From the NCBI GenBank assembly GCA_963701965.1, contig OY969695.1:4704001-4768000 (forward strand): DNA of 64,000 nucleotides, in the 5' to 3' direction. This stretch comes from an uncultured Gemmatimonadales bacterium. GTDB taxonomy: Bacteria > Gemmatimonadota > Gemmatimonadetes > Gemmatimonadales > Gemmatimonadaceae. Both the position numbers and the translations under genes were made by a program. Under the pieces are notes generated by a model that worked only from the letters and a program-made list of their open reading frames with translations, was not told where the DNA came from and made no database searches. The first letter of the stretch is position 1; each line of letters begins with the position of its first letter. This document shows positions 11,143-22,097 of the stretch, piece after piece.

Positions 11143-12075
11143 ATGACCGATCCCATGCCGGGCGTGCTCGCCCCCGAGATCCGCGAGACAGCAGCGCGCA
11201 TCGCGCCGTACATTCGCCGCACGCCAGTCGTGGAGGCAGGCAGTGGCCTGACCGGTAAGGTCGCGCTCAAGCTCGAGCTCCTCCAGCATTCCGGCTCGTT
11301 CAAAGCGCGCGGGGCGTTTGCCAACCTGCTCCTGCGGCGGCCCGGTGCGGGAGTGGTCGCGGCCTCGGGCGGCAACCACGGGGCGGCCGTGGCGTACGCC
11401 GCCCGCAGTCTCGCCGTCCCGGCGACGATTTTCGTCCCCAGCGTCTCGTCGCCCGCCAAGGTGCAACGGATACGGGAGTACGGGGCGTCGCTCGTCATCG
11501 CGGGGGATTCGTACGCCGAGGCGTTGGCGGCATCGGAGGCCTGGGGCGCGTCGCGCGACGTGATGGCGATTCACGCCTTCGACCAGCGGGAGACCATCCT
11601 GGGTCAGGGCACGTTGGCGGCGGAGCTGGACGAGCAAATCGACGCCATCGACACGGTCATTGCGTCGGTGGGAGGCGGAGGGTTGCTCGCCGGCATCGCC
11701 GCATGGTTCGGACGGCGGGTGCGGGTGATCGGCGTCGAGCCCGATCGCGCGCCGACGCTCACCCGCGCACTCGCCGCCGGCCATCCCGTCGACGCGGAAG
11801 CGGGCGGTATCGCGGCTGACTCACTGGCGCCGCGCCGAGTCGGGGCGCAGGTCTTTGCCATCGTGCAGCCGGTGGTCGACCGGGTGATCACGGTCGCGGA
11901 CGATGATATTCGCGCCGGTCAGATGCGTCTCTGGAGCGACTATCGCATCGTGGCCGAGCCCGGGGCGGCCGCGGCGTTCGCGGCGCTGGCGTCGGGCGCG
12001 TACACACCGCGTCGTGACGAGCGTGTGGTCGTCGTCGTGAGCGGCGGCAACACGGCGGCCGTAAATTTCTCGTGA
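11143..12075 (+). CDS. PLP-dependent threonine/serine dehydratase-family protein
   Basis: LKLELLQHSGSFKARGA, ASGGNHG, VGGGGL, SGGN; no regulatory domain. Start could also be 11122. Confidence 0.9.
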   Translation: MTDPMPGVLAPEIRETAARIAPYIRRTPVVEAGSGLTGKVALKLELLQHSGSFKARGAFANLLLRRPGAGVVAASGGNHGAAVAYAARSLAVPATIFVPSVSSPAKVQRIREYGASLVIAGDSYAEALAASEAWGASRDVMAIHAFDQRETILGQGTLAAELDEQIDAIDTVIASVGGGGLLAGIAAWFGRRVRVIGVEPDRAPTLTRALAAGHPVDAEAGGIAADSLAPRRVGAQVFAIVQPVVDRVITVADDDIRAGQMRLWSDYRIVAEPGAAAAFAALASGAYTPRRDERVVVVVSGGNTAAVNFS

Positions 12076-12085
12076 TGAGAAAATC

Positions 12086-12427
12086 ATGACGACCAAGCGA
12101 GCCGCGCGCGCCCGCGAGACCGGCGAGGGGCTGCTGGTGGGACTCCACGCCGTCGACAACGAGCGGCGTTTGCGCATTCTCTATTGGCTCAAGCAGCCGC
12201 GCAGATATTTCCGGCCGCAGATCGATGGCGATCTCGTGGAGGATGGCGTGTGCGGCTTGCTGCTCGCCGAGAAATTGGCCGTGAGCCAGCCCACGCTGAG
12301 CGAGCATATGCGCGTGCTGGTGGCGTCGGGGCTCATCGACGCCAAGCGGATCAAGCAGTGGACCTTTTACAAGCGGAACGAAGCGGCGATCGCCGCGTTC
12401 AAGCGCGCCGTACGGGACGACGTCTGA
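12086..12427 (+). CDS. ArsR/SmtB-family HTH regulator
   Basis: RLRILYWLK..GVCG..LAVSQPTLSEHMRVL..GLI..RIKQWTFYKR. Confidence 0.88.
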   Translation: MTTKRAARARETGEGLLVGLHAVDNERRLRILYWLKQPRRYFRPQIDGDLVEDGVCGLLLAEKLAVSQPTLSEHMRVLVASGLIDAKRIKQWTFYKRNEAAIAAFKRAVRDDV

Positions 12428-12460
12428 CCGCGATGCCAGGCGACACCTGCGACCGCCTCA

Positions 12461-13108
12461 TCAACGCCGGATGATGTGACGGGCCTCGGCGCACGTCTCC
12501 TCCCACCCGACGCGTCGGAGCTCCGGTTCGGCGCCGGCGGTGTCGGGATACCCGATGCAGAGATAGGCCACCATATCCCAGGCCGGCGGCACGCCCAACG
12601 CGTCCCGCACGGCGACGTGGTCGAGTATGGACACCCATCCAATGCCGACTCCACACGCGCGCGCAACCAGCCATAGCGTGTGGACGGCCGTCACCACGGA
12701 ATACTGCAGCATCTGCGGGTTCGTCCGACGTCCTAGTCCGTGCCCGGTGGCGGTGGCGGTATCGGCGAACACCGCGAGCTGCACGGGCGCGTCGTCGAGT
12801 CCGGCAAGTTTGAGCTGGGCGTACGCTTGGGCCCGATCGCCGGCATAACCGCCGAGCGCATCCCGGTTGCACGCGGCGAAGTTGGCGCGCACCGCGGCGC
12901 GCACACCATCGGACTCGACCAGCACGAATCGCCACGGTTGGCTGTATCCCACCGAGGGTGCCAGACAGGCGTCGTCGATCAGCCGCTCCAGCAGCGCCGG
13001 ATCGATCGGATCCGGCCGAAAGCGGCGCACATCGCGTCGCCAGACGAGAAGCGCCCGCAGCTGCTCGCGGAACGCCGGGTCGAAGTCGGGAGCGGGCGCG
13101 GCGGTCAT
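12461..13108 (-). CDS. bluB: 5,6-dimethylbenzimidazole synthase
   Basis: WRRDVRRF, APSVGYSQPWRFV, LKLAGL, GLGRRTNP, GIGWVSI, YLCIGYP. Confidence 0.92.
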   Translation of the reverse strand: MTAAPAPDFDPAFREQLRALLVWRRDVRRFRPDPIDPALLERLIDDACLAPSVGYSQPWRFVLVESDGVRAAVRANFAACNRDALGGYAGDRAQAYAQLKLAGLDDAPVQLAVFADTATATGHGLGRRTNPQMLQYSVVTAVHTLWLVARACGVGIGWVSILDHVAVRDALGVPPAWDMVAYLCIGYPDTAGAEPELRRVGWEETCAEARHIIRR

Positions 13109-13141
13109 CACGAACGATAGCGGTGTGCTACGTTTCACGAT

Positions 13142-14093
13142 ATGACAGAGCCCAAGATCATCGCGGTCGTCGGCGCGACCGGCTCGCAGGGCGGGGGGTT
13201 GGTCCGCGCGATCCAACGCGATCCCAGCGGCGGGTTTCGCGCCCGCGCCCTGACGCGCGACATCAATTCGCCGAAAGCGAAAGCGCTTGCCGCGCTCGGC
13301 GCCGAGGTCGTCGCGGCGGACTTGGACGACCCGGAGAGTCTGGAGCGGGGATTTCGCGGCGCCTACGGCGCCTACTGCGTGACATTCTACTGGGCGCACC
13401 TCTCGCCGGAGCGGGAGGACTCCAACGCCCGGTCCCTGGCCCAAGCGGCCAAGCGCGCGAATGTGTCGCACGTCATCTGGTCGACGCTCGAGGATACGCG
13501 ACGGTGGGTTCCGGTCAGCGACCCGCGGATGCCCACGCTCATGGGCAACTACAAGGTCCCGCACTTGGATGCCAAAGGCGCCGCCGACCACTACTTCACC
13601 GACAACGGGCTGCCGGTGACAATGCTGCTGACATCATTCTACTGGGACAATTTGTATCTGTTCGGCATGGCGCCCAAGTCGGGACCGGACGGCGCGCTCG
13701 TGTTCACCCTGCCAATGGCTGATCAGCCGCTGCCGGGGATCGGTGCCGAGGATATCGGCAAATGCGCGTACGGGATCTTTCGCCGCGGGACCGGACTACA
13801 TTGGAAAGACCGTCGGGATCGCCGCCGAGCACCTGACCGGGACCCAAATGGCGGCCTCAATGAGCCGGGCGTTCGGACGCCCGATCTCCTACGCCGCGAT
13901 CCCACCCGCCGTGTTCCGTTCGTTCGGCTTTCCCGGCGCCGACGATCTAGGGAACATGTTCCAGGTCTATACGGAGTTCGCCAAGGAGTGGGGCGCGGCG
14001 CGCGACGTCGGGTTGACTCGCGCGCTCAATCCCGCGCTCCAGACGTTCGATCAGTGGCTCGCCGAGTACAAGGGACTGGTCTCGCTAACCTAG
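13142..14093 (+). CDS. NmrA/HSCARG-family NAD(P)-binding protein (frameshift at about 13788)
   Basis: VVGATGSQGGG Rossmann motif and VPHLDAK; continues in the frame of ORF 13743-14093 (GKTVGIAAEHLTG..FGFPGADDLGNMF). Confidence 0.85.
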
Positions 14094-14094
14094 T

Positions 14095-14334
14095 ATGATG
14101 CGCGCGTATAGGATCACGGTGCGAAACAAAGCGGGCGCGGTAGCGCTCGCGGCCACGACGGTCGTCGTTGGTGGAGCGCTCGTAGTTCTGGGCGTCACAC
14201 TGCTGGCGGGGCTCGTGGTCGGCGGCGCCGTGCTCGGCGGCGGCGCCCTGTTGGCCCGGCGCATCCTTCCCGGGCGTCGCGATCAGCCGCTCGACCCGCG
14301 ACAAGAGGTGTTTGGTCCCCCACCCGAGGGCTAG
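14095..14334 (+). CDS. Small hypothetical membrane protein
   Basis: 79-aa ORF with a long hydrophobic Gly/Val stretch, filling the gap between neighbours. Confidence 0.5.
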   Translation: MMRAYRITVRNKAGAVALAATTVVVGGALVVLGVTLLAGLVVGGAVLGGGALLARRILPGRRDQPLDPRQEVFGPPPEG

Positions 14335-15365
14335 CCGAACGTGAACACGTAGGCTTCGACGCCGGGGTCGAGGAATTCAATGTCGAGCGTGCGGTCGTCG
14401 ACGCCTTTGGTTTGCCGAATGAGTTGATAGAGGCGCGGCTCGCGCACCTCACCGGTACCGTCCGGGGCGACATTGATGCCATGTTCGCTGCCCGGCGCGG
14501 CGCCATTCAAGGTCACCTTGAACCGGACGGGCCGCCCGCCCGCGGCGGGTCCCAACACCAGGTGGATGTCGCGGGCGTGAAATCGGTACCGAATGACGCC
14601 GTGCGCTTCCACGAGGACGGCCTTCTCGGCGCCCACATTCCACGATCCGCCCAATCCCCACTCATTGAGTCGAAGCGCCGCCGGCGCGGTGTATCGCGCC
14701 GCCGCACCGGTGTCGACCGGTTCCGGCGACGCGAGACGCTCCGCCCGTCGATACCCGACATAGGTCTCGGGCGAGTCGACGGTTTCGCTCGGCGGCGCTT
14801 CGATGCCGGTACCGGACGCGTCAACCGTGCCGCCGCTCACGCCCGTGGCGCCGTTTTCCTTCAAGAGCTGCTGGATGGTGTGTTCAGTCTCGGCGTAAGA
14901 CCCCTCGCCGAAGTGGTGATATCGAATGCGGCCTTTTCCGTCGATCAGATAGTCGGCCGGCCAGTACTCGTTGTTGAATGAGCGCCAGATGCCGAATTTG
15001 TTGTCCATGGGGACGGGATACGTCACCTGCAAGTGCCCCACGGCCCACTCGACGTTCGCCCGGTCCTTCTCGAACGTGAACTCCGGCGCATGCACGCCGA
15101 TCACCACCAAGCCGGCGTCCTTGTACTTCGCTGCCCAACTCTTCACGTAGGGCAGCTCGCGCAGGGAATTGATGCAGGAGTAGGTCCAGAAATCCACCAG
15201 CACGACCTTCCCCTTGAGCGACCGATCAGTCAGCGGCGCGGAGTTGAGCCACGCGACGGCGCCGGAGAAATCGGGCCCGCCGGCGCGCTCCGCCGTGGCG
15301 GCCGACGCCGCCACGAGCGCTGACACGGTGGCCATGCCGAGACTACGTCGGCTGGCGCGATTCAT
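14331..15365 (-). CDS. Redoxin/thioredoxin-like protein with DipZ-type C-terminal domain
   Basis: GKVVLVDFWTYSCINS (CxxS), HAPEF, SPETYVGY, PRLYQLIRQ, AYVFTFG; signal-like N-terminus; start uncertain. Confidence 0.85.
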   Translation of the reverse strand: MNRASRRSLGMATVSALVAASAATAERAGGPDFSGAVAWLNSAPLTDRSLKGKVVLVDFWTYSCINSLRELPYVKSWAAKYKDAGLVVIGVHAPEFTFEKDRANVEWAVGHLQVTYPVPMDNKFGIWRSFNNEYWPADYLIDGKGRIRYHHFGEGSYAETEHTIQQLLKENGATGVSGGTVDASGTGIEAPPSETVDSPETYVGYRRAERLASPEPVDTGAAARYTAPAALRLNEWGLGGSWNVGAEKAVLVEAHGVIRYRFHARDIHLVLGPAAGGRPVRFKVTLNGAAPGSEHGINVAPDGTGEVREPRLYQLIRQTKGVDDRTLDIEFLDPGVEAYVFTFG

Positions 15366-15864
15366 TTCCATCGACGGCGATGACAGCATCGGCAAAGGCC
15401 TGGGGGGCTTCTTGGGGCACATTGTGGCCGATGCCCTTGAGGACGCGGTGCGAATACTTGCCCGAGAATTTCTTGGCGTACCCCGCACCGTCGGCCGCGG
15501 CGCCGTCGAAGTCACTAGCCATCGTGATCGTCGGGACCGTGATCACCGGACCGGCGTAGAGTCGATGCTCGAGGTGATCGTATTTCGATTCGCCGTCCGC
15601 GAGGGCCAGTCGCCAGCGATAGTTGTGCATCACGATGGCCACGTGATCCGGGTTGTCGAACGACGCCGCGGTGCGGTCGAAGGTCGCATCGTCGAAGGCC
15701 CACGTCGGCGACACATTCTTCCAAATGAGTTTGTTGAAGTCGTGCCGGTTTTGGTCGTACCCGATCCGACCGCGTTCCGTGGCGAAGTAGTATTGGTACC
15801 ACCAACCCAACTCGGCCGCCGGCGGCAACGGACGCTTCTGTGCTTCGCGGTTCGTGACATGGTA
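15343..15864 (-). pseudogene. C-terminal fragment of an alpha/beta hydrolase (epoxide-hydrolase-like)
   Basis: LPPAAELGWWYQYYFATERG..GIGHNVPQEAPQAFADA; the N-terminal half with the nucleophile is absent. Confidence 0.75.
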
Positions 15865-15987
15865 TCAGTTGCCTCGACGTGAGTGACGCAGAAACCTCCA
15901 AAGCGCAGCGCGTCGGTTGTATTGGACGATAGTCGCGTTTCGCATCGCCGCTACTGGCGAGCAGGTTATAGACGTGCCTGCTGATAC

Positions 15988-16066
15988 ATGGTGAACGCTG
16001 TCGCGCCGTCCTGACGGCGCCTGGGTGAATGGCCAAGTGCGCCGCGCCAATGGCGGCTTCGCCTGA
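15988..16066 (+). pseudogene. Remnant of an SDR oxidoreductase C-terminus
   Basis: VNAVAP (15991-16008) is joined out of frame to PDGAWVNGQVRRANGGFA-stop (16010-16066); both are SDR hallmarks. Confidence 0.6.
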
Positions 16067-16141
16067 GCGCCGTCCCGCGCGATGCTGGCCCCCGCGGGCC
16101 TCCGGCGATACGTTTGGCGGCGGCCTACCGGTTCGGAAACA

Positions 16142-16167
16142 GAAACCAAACCACGCGCTGATCCGTA
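16142..16167 (+). promoter_or_regulatory. Putative ECF-sigma promoter upstream of the LVIVD gene
   Basis: GAAAC-N17-CGTA. Confidence 0.35.
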
Positions 16168-16219
16168 CGTGGCAGGCGACCGTGCCCGTACGCCTCCATC
16201 CAACACAAGGGACTCCGCT

Positions 16220-18219
16220 GTGAGCTTGACTCCCCGTTCGTTCTTCCCGTTCGCGCTCGCATCGGCGTGCGCCGTGGCCTGCGCGCACCCCAACGCCTCG
16301 GTGTCCGACACGCCCGGTCCCTCCGCGAAGAGCGACATGTCGACCAACGCGCCGAGCCCGGATCCCCGGGTCGGGCTCAAGGCGGGGAAGTACGACGCCG
16401 GTTCCGCCGCCTGGAACCTTCGGGTCGTCTCGGAGACGCACTCGTCGGAGAAGTTCGACAAGTTCTGGAACTCCGATCTCACGTTCAGCGGCCACTACGT
16501 GATCCAGGGGAGTTTCGCCGGTTACCAGATCTGGGATATCGCCAATCCGAGCCACCCCACGTTGGCGACGGCGTACTACTGCCCGGCCTCGCAGAGCGAC
16601 GTGTCGGTCTACAAGAATCTGCTGATCGTGTCGGGCGAGGACCTGACGGCGCGACTCGATTGCGGCGATGGAGGCATCAAGGATACCGTCAGCAAGGACC
16701 GGTTGCGCGGGGCCCGGATCTTCGACATCTCCGACATCGCGCATTCCCAAGAACGTCGCCAACGTGCAAACGTGCCGCGGGTCGCACACGAACACGTTGT
16801 TGGTCGATCCCAAGGATCCGGACAACGTCTACGTCTACATCTCCGGGATCGGCGCCGGTGCGGTCCGAGGCCGAGTTGCCGGGTTGCATCGCCGCGAAAC
16901 CGGACCAGGACCCCCGATCGGCGCTCTTCCGCATCGAGGTCATCAAGATTCCTGTGGCCCATCCCGAGCAGGCGGCGGTCGTAAGCTCGCCCCGGATCTT
17001 CGAGAACCTGACGGCGCCAGCCGAACATGGCGAATCGAAGGCTGATGTTGCCGAGGCGGCCAAGGATGCGGCTGACGCGCGGGCGCACAAGAAGTTCACG
17101 GTGCCGATCCGCGGCGTGGATGTCATCGTGCCCGACTCGTACGTCCCGGGCTTGCTCGCGCAGGAAGTCGCCGCGCGGAACGGCACCGGCCCGGCCACCG
17201 CCGCGGACAGCGCCAAGCTGCAACAGGACCTGCCGAGCATCGTGGCGAAGATGGTGGGGCCCGATCCCATCCCGGGCAAAAGCCCCGGACCGACACAGTG
17301 CCATGACATCACGGTGTATCCGGCGGTCGGTCTGGCCGGCGGGGCGTGCGCGGGTTACGGCCTGCTGCTCGATATCCGCGATCCGATCCACCCGGTGCGT
17401 CTGACCGCGGCCGCCGACTCGAACTTCTCCTACTGGCACTCGGCCACGTTCAACAACGACGGCACGAAGGTGTTGTTCTCCGACGAGTGGGGCGGGGGCA
17501 CGCAGCCCAAGTGTCGCGCGACCGACAGTCCCCAGTGGGGAGCGGACGCGATCTTCACGATCTCCGGTGGGCAGTTGCACTTTCAGAGCTACTACAAGCT
17601 GCCCGCGCCGCAGACCAAGTTCGAGAACTGCGTGGCGCACGATGGCTCCCTCATTCCCATCCCGGGCCGCGACGTGATGGTCCAGGGGTGGTATCAGGGC
17701 GGGGTGTCGGTGCTCGACTGGACTGACGCCGCCCACCCGCGCGAGATCGCGTTCTTCGACCGCGGTCCGCTGGACTCCACCCGATTGGTGACGGCCGGCT
17801 CCTGGTCCGCCTACTGGTACAATGGCGTGATCGTGAGCTCGGAGATCGCCCGGGGACTCGACATCTTCGCGCTCGTCCCCAGCGGATTCTTGTCGCAAAA
17901 CGAGATCGACGCCGCGCGCTCGGTGCAGCTACCGGAGCTCAACGTCCAAGGCCAGCCGAAATTCGTGTGGCCGGCGAGCTTCGTCCTGGCGCGCGCCTAC
18001 GTCGATCAGCTCGCCCGGTCGAACGGACTCGCCACCGACCGCATCGCCGCGGTGCGCCAGACGCTCGGCGACGCCGAACACGCTTCCGGTGCCGGTCGCG
18101 CCGAGACTCTGACGCAACTGGCCGGGGGCTTGGATCGCGACGCGCAGAGCTCCGCGGACGCCGGGAAGGTCCGGACGCTGGCGGGGACCGTGCGGGACTT
18201 GGCCGCGGCGTCCCGGTAG
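16220..18219 (+). CDS. LVIVD-repeat beta-propeller lipoprotein (two +1 frameshifts at about 16745 and 16846)
   Basis: Pieces in three frames are collinear with the intact paralog at 44091-45863 (NSDLTFSG, QTCRGSHT, QCHDITVYP, WHSATF, DEWGGG, ENCVAH, SEIARGLD). Confidence 0.85.
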
Positions 18220-18225
18220 CCGCGC

Positions 18226-19817
18226 ATGCGAAGATGGCCAACCGTGGGCGCGGCGAGCGTCCTTGCTACTTTCGCGCCCTGCGTTGGCCTGAGTCAGTCG
18301 GGCCCGGCCGAACGCGTGCCCACGCCGCCGCGGTCTGTCGTGTCACCGCAGAACGCGGCGGCCCGTCCCGTACCAATCGCCGACCTCTTTTTCTCGCACC
18401 GCGTGCTGAGCCCGGCGTGGTCGCCCGATGGCAAGCAGATCGTGTTCACCACGAACGTCACCGGGCGCTACAACTTGTAGAAGATGGATCGTGACGGTGG
18501 GGCGTTGGTCCAGCTGCTGCAGTCCGATGATGGTCAGGAGAACGCGGTGTGGTCGCCCGACGGCAAGTGGATCGTGTATACGCAGGACGCCGGCGGGAAC
18601 GAGATCAACGACGTGTACGCGATCCCGAGCGGCGGAGGGGCGGCCGTCAATCTCACGCACAGTCCGGACACATCCGAGGACAATCCGCTCTTTTCACCCG
18701 ATGGCCAACGGTTGGTGATCGCCGTCAAGGCCAAGACCGCGTCCGACGCCGAAGTGGCGATTCTCGACTGGAAGACGCGGGCGAAACGTATCCTGACGCA
18801 CGAGCAGTCCGCCGACCATCTCTGGCAGCCATTCGCGTGGAGCAAGGATGGCCGCCACATCTATGCCAACCGCGTCAAGGAGAGCTACACCGACTCCGAC
18901 GTCTACGAGATCAATGCCGAGACCGGCCAAACGCGCGATCTCACGCCCCATACCGGCGACGTCCAGTACATGGGCACTTCGGTGTCGAGCGACGGTCGGG
19001 TGCTGCTCAATTCGACCGCGAAGGGTGGATATCAGAACGTCGCCATCCTGGATGCCGCCACACGCCGTCTGGAGTGGATGACCGACACACAGTGGGAAGC
19101 GTCGGCTGCCGACTTCGCGCCGGATGGTTCCCGCTTCGCCTACGTGCTGAATCAGGATGGCCGGAGCACACTGTACGTACGCGACACGGGCACTCGCGCA
19201 TCGAGAAAGCTGGCTTTTCCCGATGGCATTACCCGCGCCGCGGGATTGCCCAGCGCGTTCTCTCCGGACGGCACACACCTGCTCGTGTACCACGAGGACG
19301 CCCGCCGCCCGTCCGATCTCTGGACGTACGACCTGCGGACCAACGCCCCGAAGCAACTCTCGCATTCGGCGCTCGCCAGCCTCAATCCGGGCGGCTTACC
19401 CTCCACGCAGCTGGTGCACTACAAGAGCTTCGACGGGACGCTCATCAGCGCCTACGTGTGGATGCCGTTCAATCTCCAGCGCGACGCCTCGTACCCCGCG
19501 TTGGTGCTCCCGCACGGCGGTCCGACCAGCCAGACGATCGATGACTTCAATACGGTGGCCGTGGCCCTGGCGTCGCGAGGCTATATCTGCATCTCGCCCA
19601 ACGTGCGCGGCTCGACCGGATATGGCTTGGCGTTCCAGAAGGCCAACTACAAGGATTTGGGTGGTGGCGATCTCCAGGACGAGATCTTCGCGACCCGATT
19701 TCTGGTGGAGACCGGAGACGCCGACCCCAAGCGCTGCAGCGGATCGTCGATTGGTTCGACAAGTACCTGAAGCCCGGGACTGACGCTACCGGCTCTCCTT
19801 CACCGAGCGTCCATTGA
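18226..19817 (+). pseudogene. S9-family (prolyl oligopeptidase-like) peptidase, inactivated
   Basis: PD40-like WSPDG repeats, PHGGP, NVRGSTGYG. In-frame TAG at 18478-18480. After ADPKR (about 19730) it jumps to the C-terminal ALQRIVDWFDKYLK in another frame, so the GxSxG motif and catalytic triad are missing. Confidence 0.8.
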
Positions 19818-20535
19818 GGGGCTGCACCGGCCGGACGTCGTGCGGGTAGAGCGCGGCGAAAGCGCTGATCGACTCCGCTGACGTCTCCACCGGCGTCTTC
19901 AACACGTACCAGATGACGCCTTCCGCGCAGGGCGGCGCCGTTTGTGATCCCGTGTACGTGTAGTAGCTCGCGGTGTGGGGCAGCAGGTCGGCGGGATTCA
20001 CTTCCACGCCGGGTATCTGCTCCGATGGCCCCACGGTCTTGGGCATGTGGGCCCACAGCCGGTCGATCGTCGCGTTCGCGTGTCCCGCGGTCAGGAACAC
20101 CGCGACGCCGACGACCTTGCCACTGTCGCTCACGTGCATCAAGTGGAGCACCATGTCGTACGGTTTGCCGCGAACCTGCTCTTCGCTCGGACGGTGGAAA
20201 TGGAACTGCGTCAGCTCGTAGCGCGTTCCGCCCACGACGAGGAAGTCGCCCGAGTGGGTGTAATCGACGCGGACCGCCGTATAGCCATTGTTGATGATGT
20301 GGAGCGGGCCGCTCCGGTAGTTGAACTGCAGGGCAGCGAGATCGGCTTTCTCCGCGCCGCGGATGTCGATGGGTGACTGTTCCATGCCCGCCTTGCAGGC
20401 CGCGTACTGCGGATCCAAGTCACCCCAGTGCGACGGTCCCTTTTCCCCCTCGTAGCTCCACGGGGTCCTCCACTGGGCCCCCGCGCGTCCGGGGAGGCCC
20501 AAGAGCACGGCGAGTGTCATCCACGTGTATCGCAC
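19786..20535 (-). CDS. Secreted alpha-class carbonic anhydrase
   Basis: Signal peptide, WSYEG..GPSHWG, QSPIDI, QFHFH, GSQTAPPCAEGV, RPVQPLNGR. Confidence 0.93.
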   Translation of the reverse strand: MRYTWMTLAVLLGLPGRAGAQWRTPWSYEGEKGPSHWGDLDPQYAACKAGMEQSPIDIRGAEKADLAALQFNYRSGPLHIINNGYTAVRVDYTHSGDFLVVGGTRYELTQFHFHRPSEEQVRGKPYDMVLHLMHVSDSGKVVGVAVFLTAGHANATIDRLWAHMPKTVGPSEQIPGVEVNPADLLPHTASYYTYTGSQTAPPCAEGVIWYVLKTPVETSAESISAFAALYPHDVRPVQPLNGRSVKESR

Positions 20536-20593
20536 GACGCCAATATATCACGCGTCTCGAGACGACGCTTCGTTGTCCACCACAGCGTGGACG

Positions 20594-22048
20594 CTAGAGA
20601 TAGGGTTGGGCCAGCCACGCCACCCCATCGCGCAAGCGCTGGAGAAGAGGGCGGCGCTCCAGGTGACCGAGCGTGAGCAGCCGGCTCGCGGCGATCTTGT
20701 CGTCGAGTAGCGCACCCAAGCGGGCCGCCAACGCCGAAGAGTAGCACTCGATGTTGTACTCGAAGTTGAGCCGCAAGCTGCGCGGATCGAGGTTGGCCGA
20801 CCCGATCAGCGACCAACGGTCGTCAATGAGCAGCAGCTTGGAATGATCGAACGGCGGGGGGGACAGGTACACGCGGCAACCCCAGGCCAAAACCTGCGAC
20901 AACTGGGCGGTCGCCGCCCACTGCACGAGACGCAGGTTGCCGCGCGCCGGCAGGACGATGTCGACCTGCACGCCCCGCAGCGCCGCGACGCGGAGCGCGT
21001 CGATCAGCGACCGGTCGGGGAGAAAATACGGCGTCGAGAGCCGGATCGAGCGCGTCGCCTGAGCGGTGGCGCCGAGAATGACCATCAGCACCGTCTCGAA
21101 GTCGGCGTCCGGTCCGTCGGGAATCCCCCGGGCGAACACATCGCCGGCGGCGGCCGATCCCGGTGACCAGATGTCCGCCGGAAGCGACTCGTGAGTGGTG
21201 AATTCCCAGTCGAACGCGAACGCGTCCATGATCTGGCGCACGACGGGGCCCCGTACCAGAAAATGCAGGTCGCGCGTCGCGTCCGGGCGGTTGAGCGACA
21301 AGAGGCACGCGTCGCGCACATTGAGCCCGCCACAGAAACCGGTCGTGCCGTCGACGACCATCATCTTGCGGTGGTTCCGCAGGTTGAAGTACGGATGCGG
21401 GATGGGGATGAGCGAGGGAAGAAACCGCGCCACCCGCACCCCACGGCGCGCCAGCTCGCGGACGATGGGTGGATGGCTATAGCGGGCACCGACGCCGTCG
21501 ATCAACACCCGGACGGCCACGCCCCGCGCCGCGGCGCGGGCCAGCGCGTCGACGAATTGCGTTCCCACGATCCCGCGGTCGAAGATGTAGCTGGCCATCG
21601 CTACCGTGCGCTCCGCCCCGTCGATCGCCGCCAGCATCGCGGGGTAGGCCTGATCCCCGTTCTCCAGAGGCTCGATCGCGCATCCCGGCTCGAGCGGCAG
21701 CCCCGTCACCGTCGCCGTCAACCGGGCGATGGCGTGCAGAGGGGCGGGGAGATCCGCCGGCAACTCGTCACCGACGCGCGCCGCAGCGCCCCGCAATGCC
21801 GCGGCCTGGTCCGCGGGATCGAGCGCCGGCGGACGCCGGCCCTGGCGCGCCTCCCGGTTGATGCGGTTGATCCCGAATAGCGCATACAACATTGAACCGA
21901 ACACGGGCGTCAGCCACACCAGTCCCGCCCAGCCGATCGCCGCCCGCACATCGTCTTTGGTGAGCACGATGTGCGCGGAGACGACAGCCGCCAACGCGAT
22001 GTGCAGGACCGCAACGAGCGCGGCCGCCGTCGAGGCGCCAATGGGCAT
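20594..22048 (-). CDS. cls: Cardiolipin synthase (phospholipase D family)
   Basis: N-terminal TM hairpin and two HKD motifs (HRKMMVVD, HSKLLLID). Confidence 0.9.
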   Translation of the reverse strand: MPIGASTAAALVAVLHIALAAVVSAHIVLTKDDVRAAIGWAGLVWLTPVFGSMLYALFGINRINREARQGRRPPALDPADQAAALRGAAARVGDELPADLPAPLHAIARLTATVTGLPLEPGCAIEPLENGDQAYPAMLAAIDGAERTVAMASYIFDRGIVGTQFVDALARAAARGVAVRVLIDGVGARYSHPPIVRELARRGVRVARFLPSLIPIPHPYFNLRNHRKMMVVDGTTGFCGGLNVRDACLLSLNRPDATRDLHFLVRGPVVRQIMDAFAFDWEFTTHESLPADIWSPGSAAAGDVFARGIPDGPDADFETVLMVILGATAQATRSIRLSTPYFLPDRSLIDALRVAALRGVQVDIVLPARGNLRLVQWAATAQLSQVLAWGCRVYLSPPPFDHSKLLLIDDRWSLIGSANLDPRSLRLNFEYNIECYSSALAARLGALLDDKIAASRLLTLGHLERRPLLQRLRDGVAWLAQPYL

Positions 22049-22097
22049 AGTGGCGAAGAATGTCCCTCCGCTGGCCGCGATGCTACTTTATCGCGCC

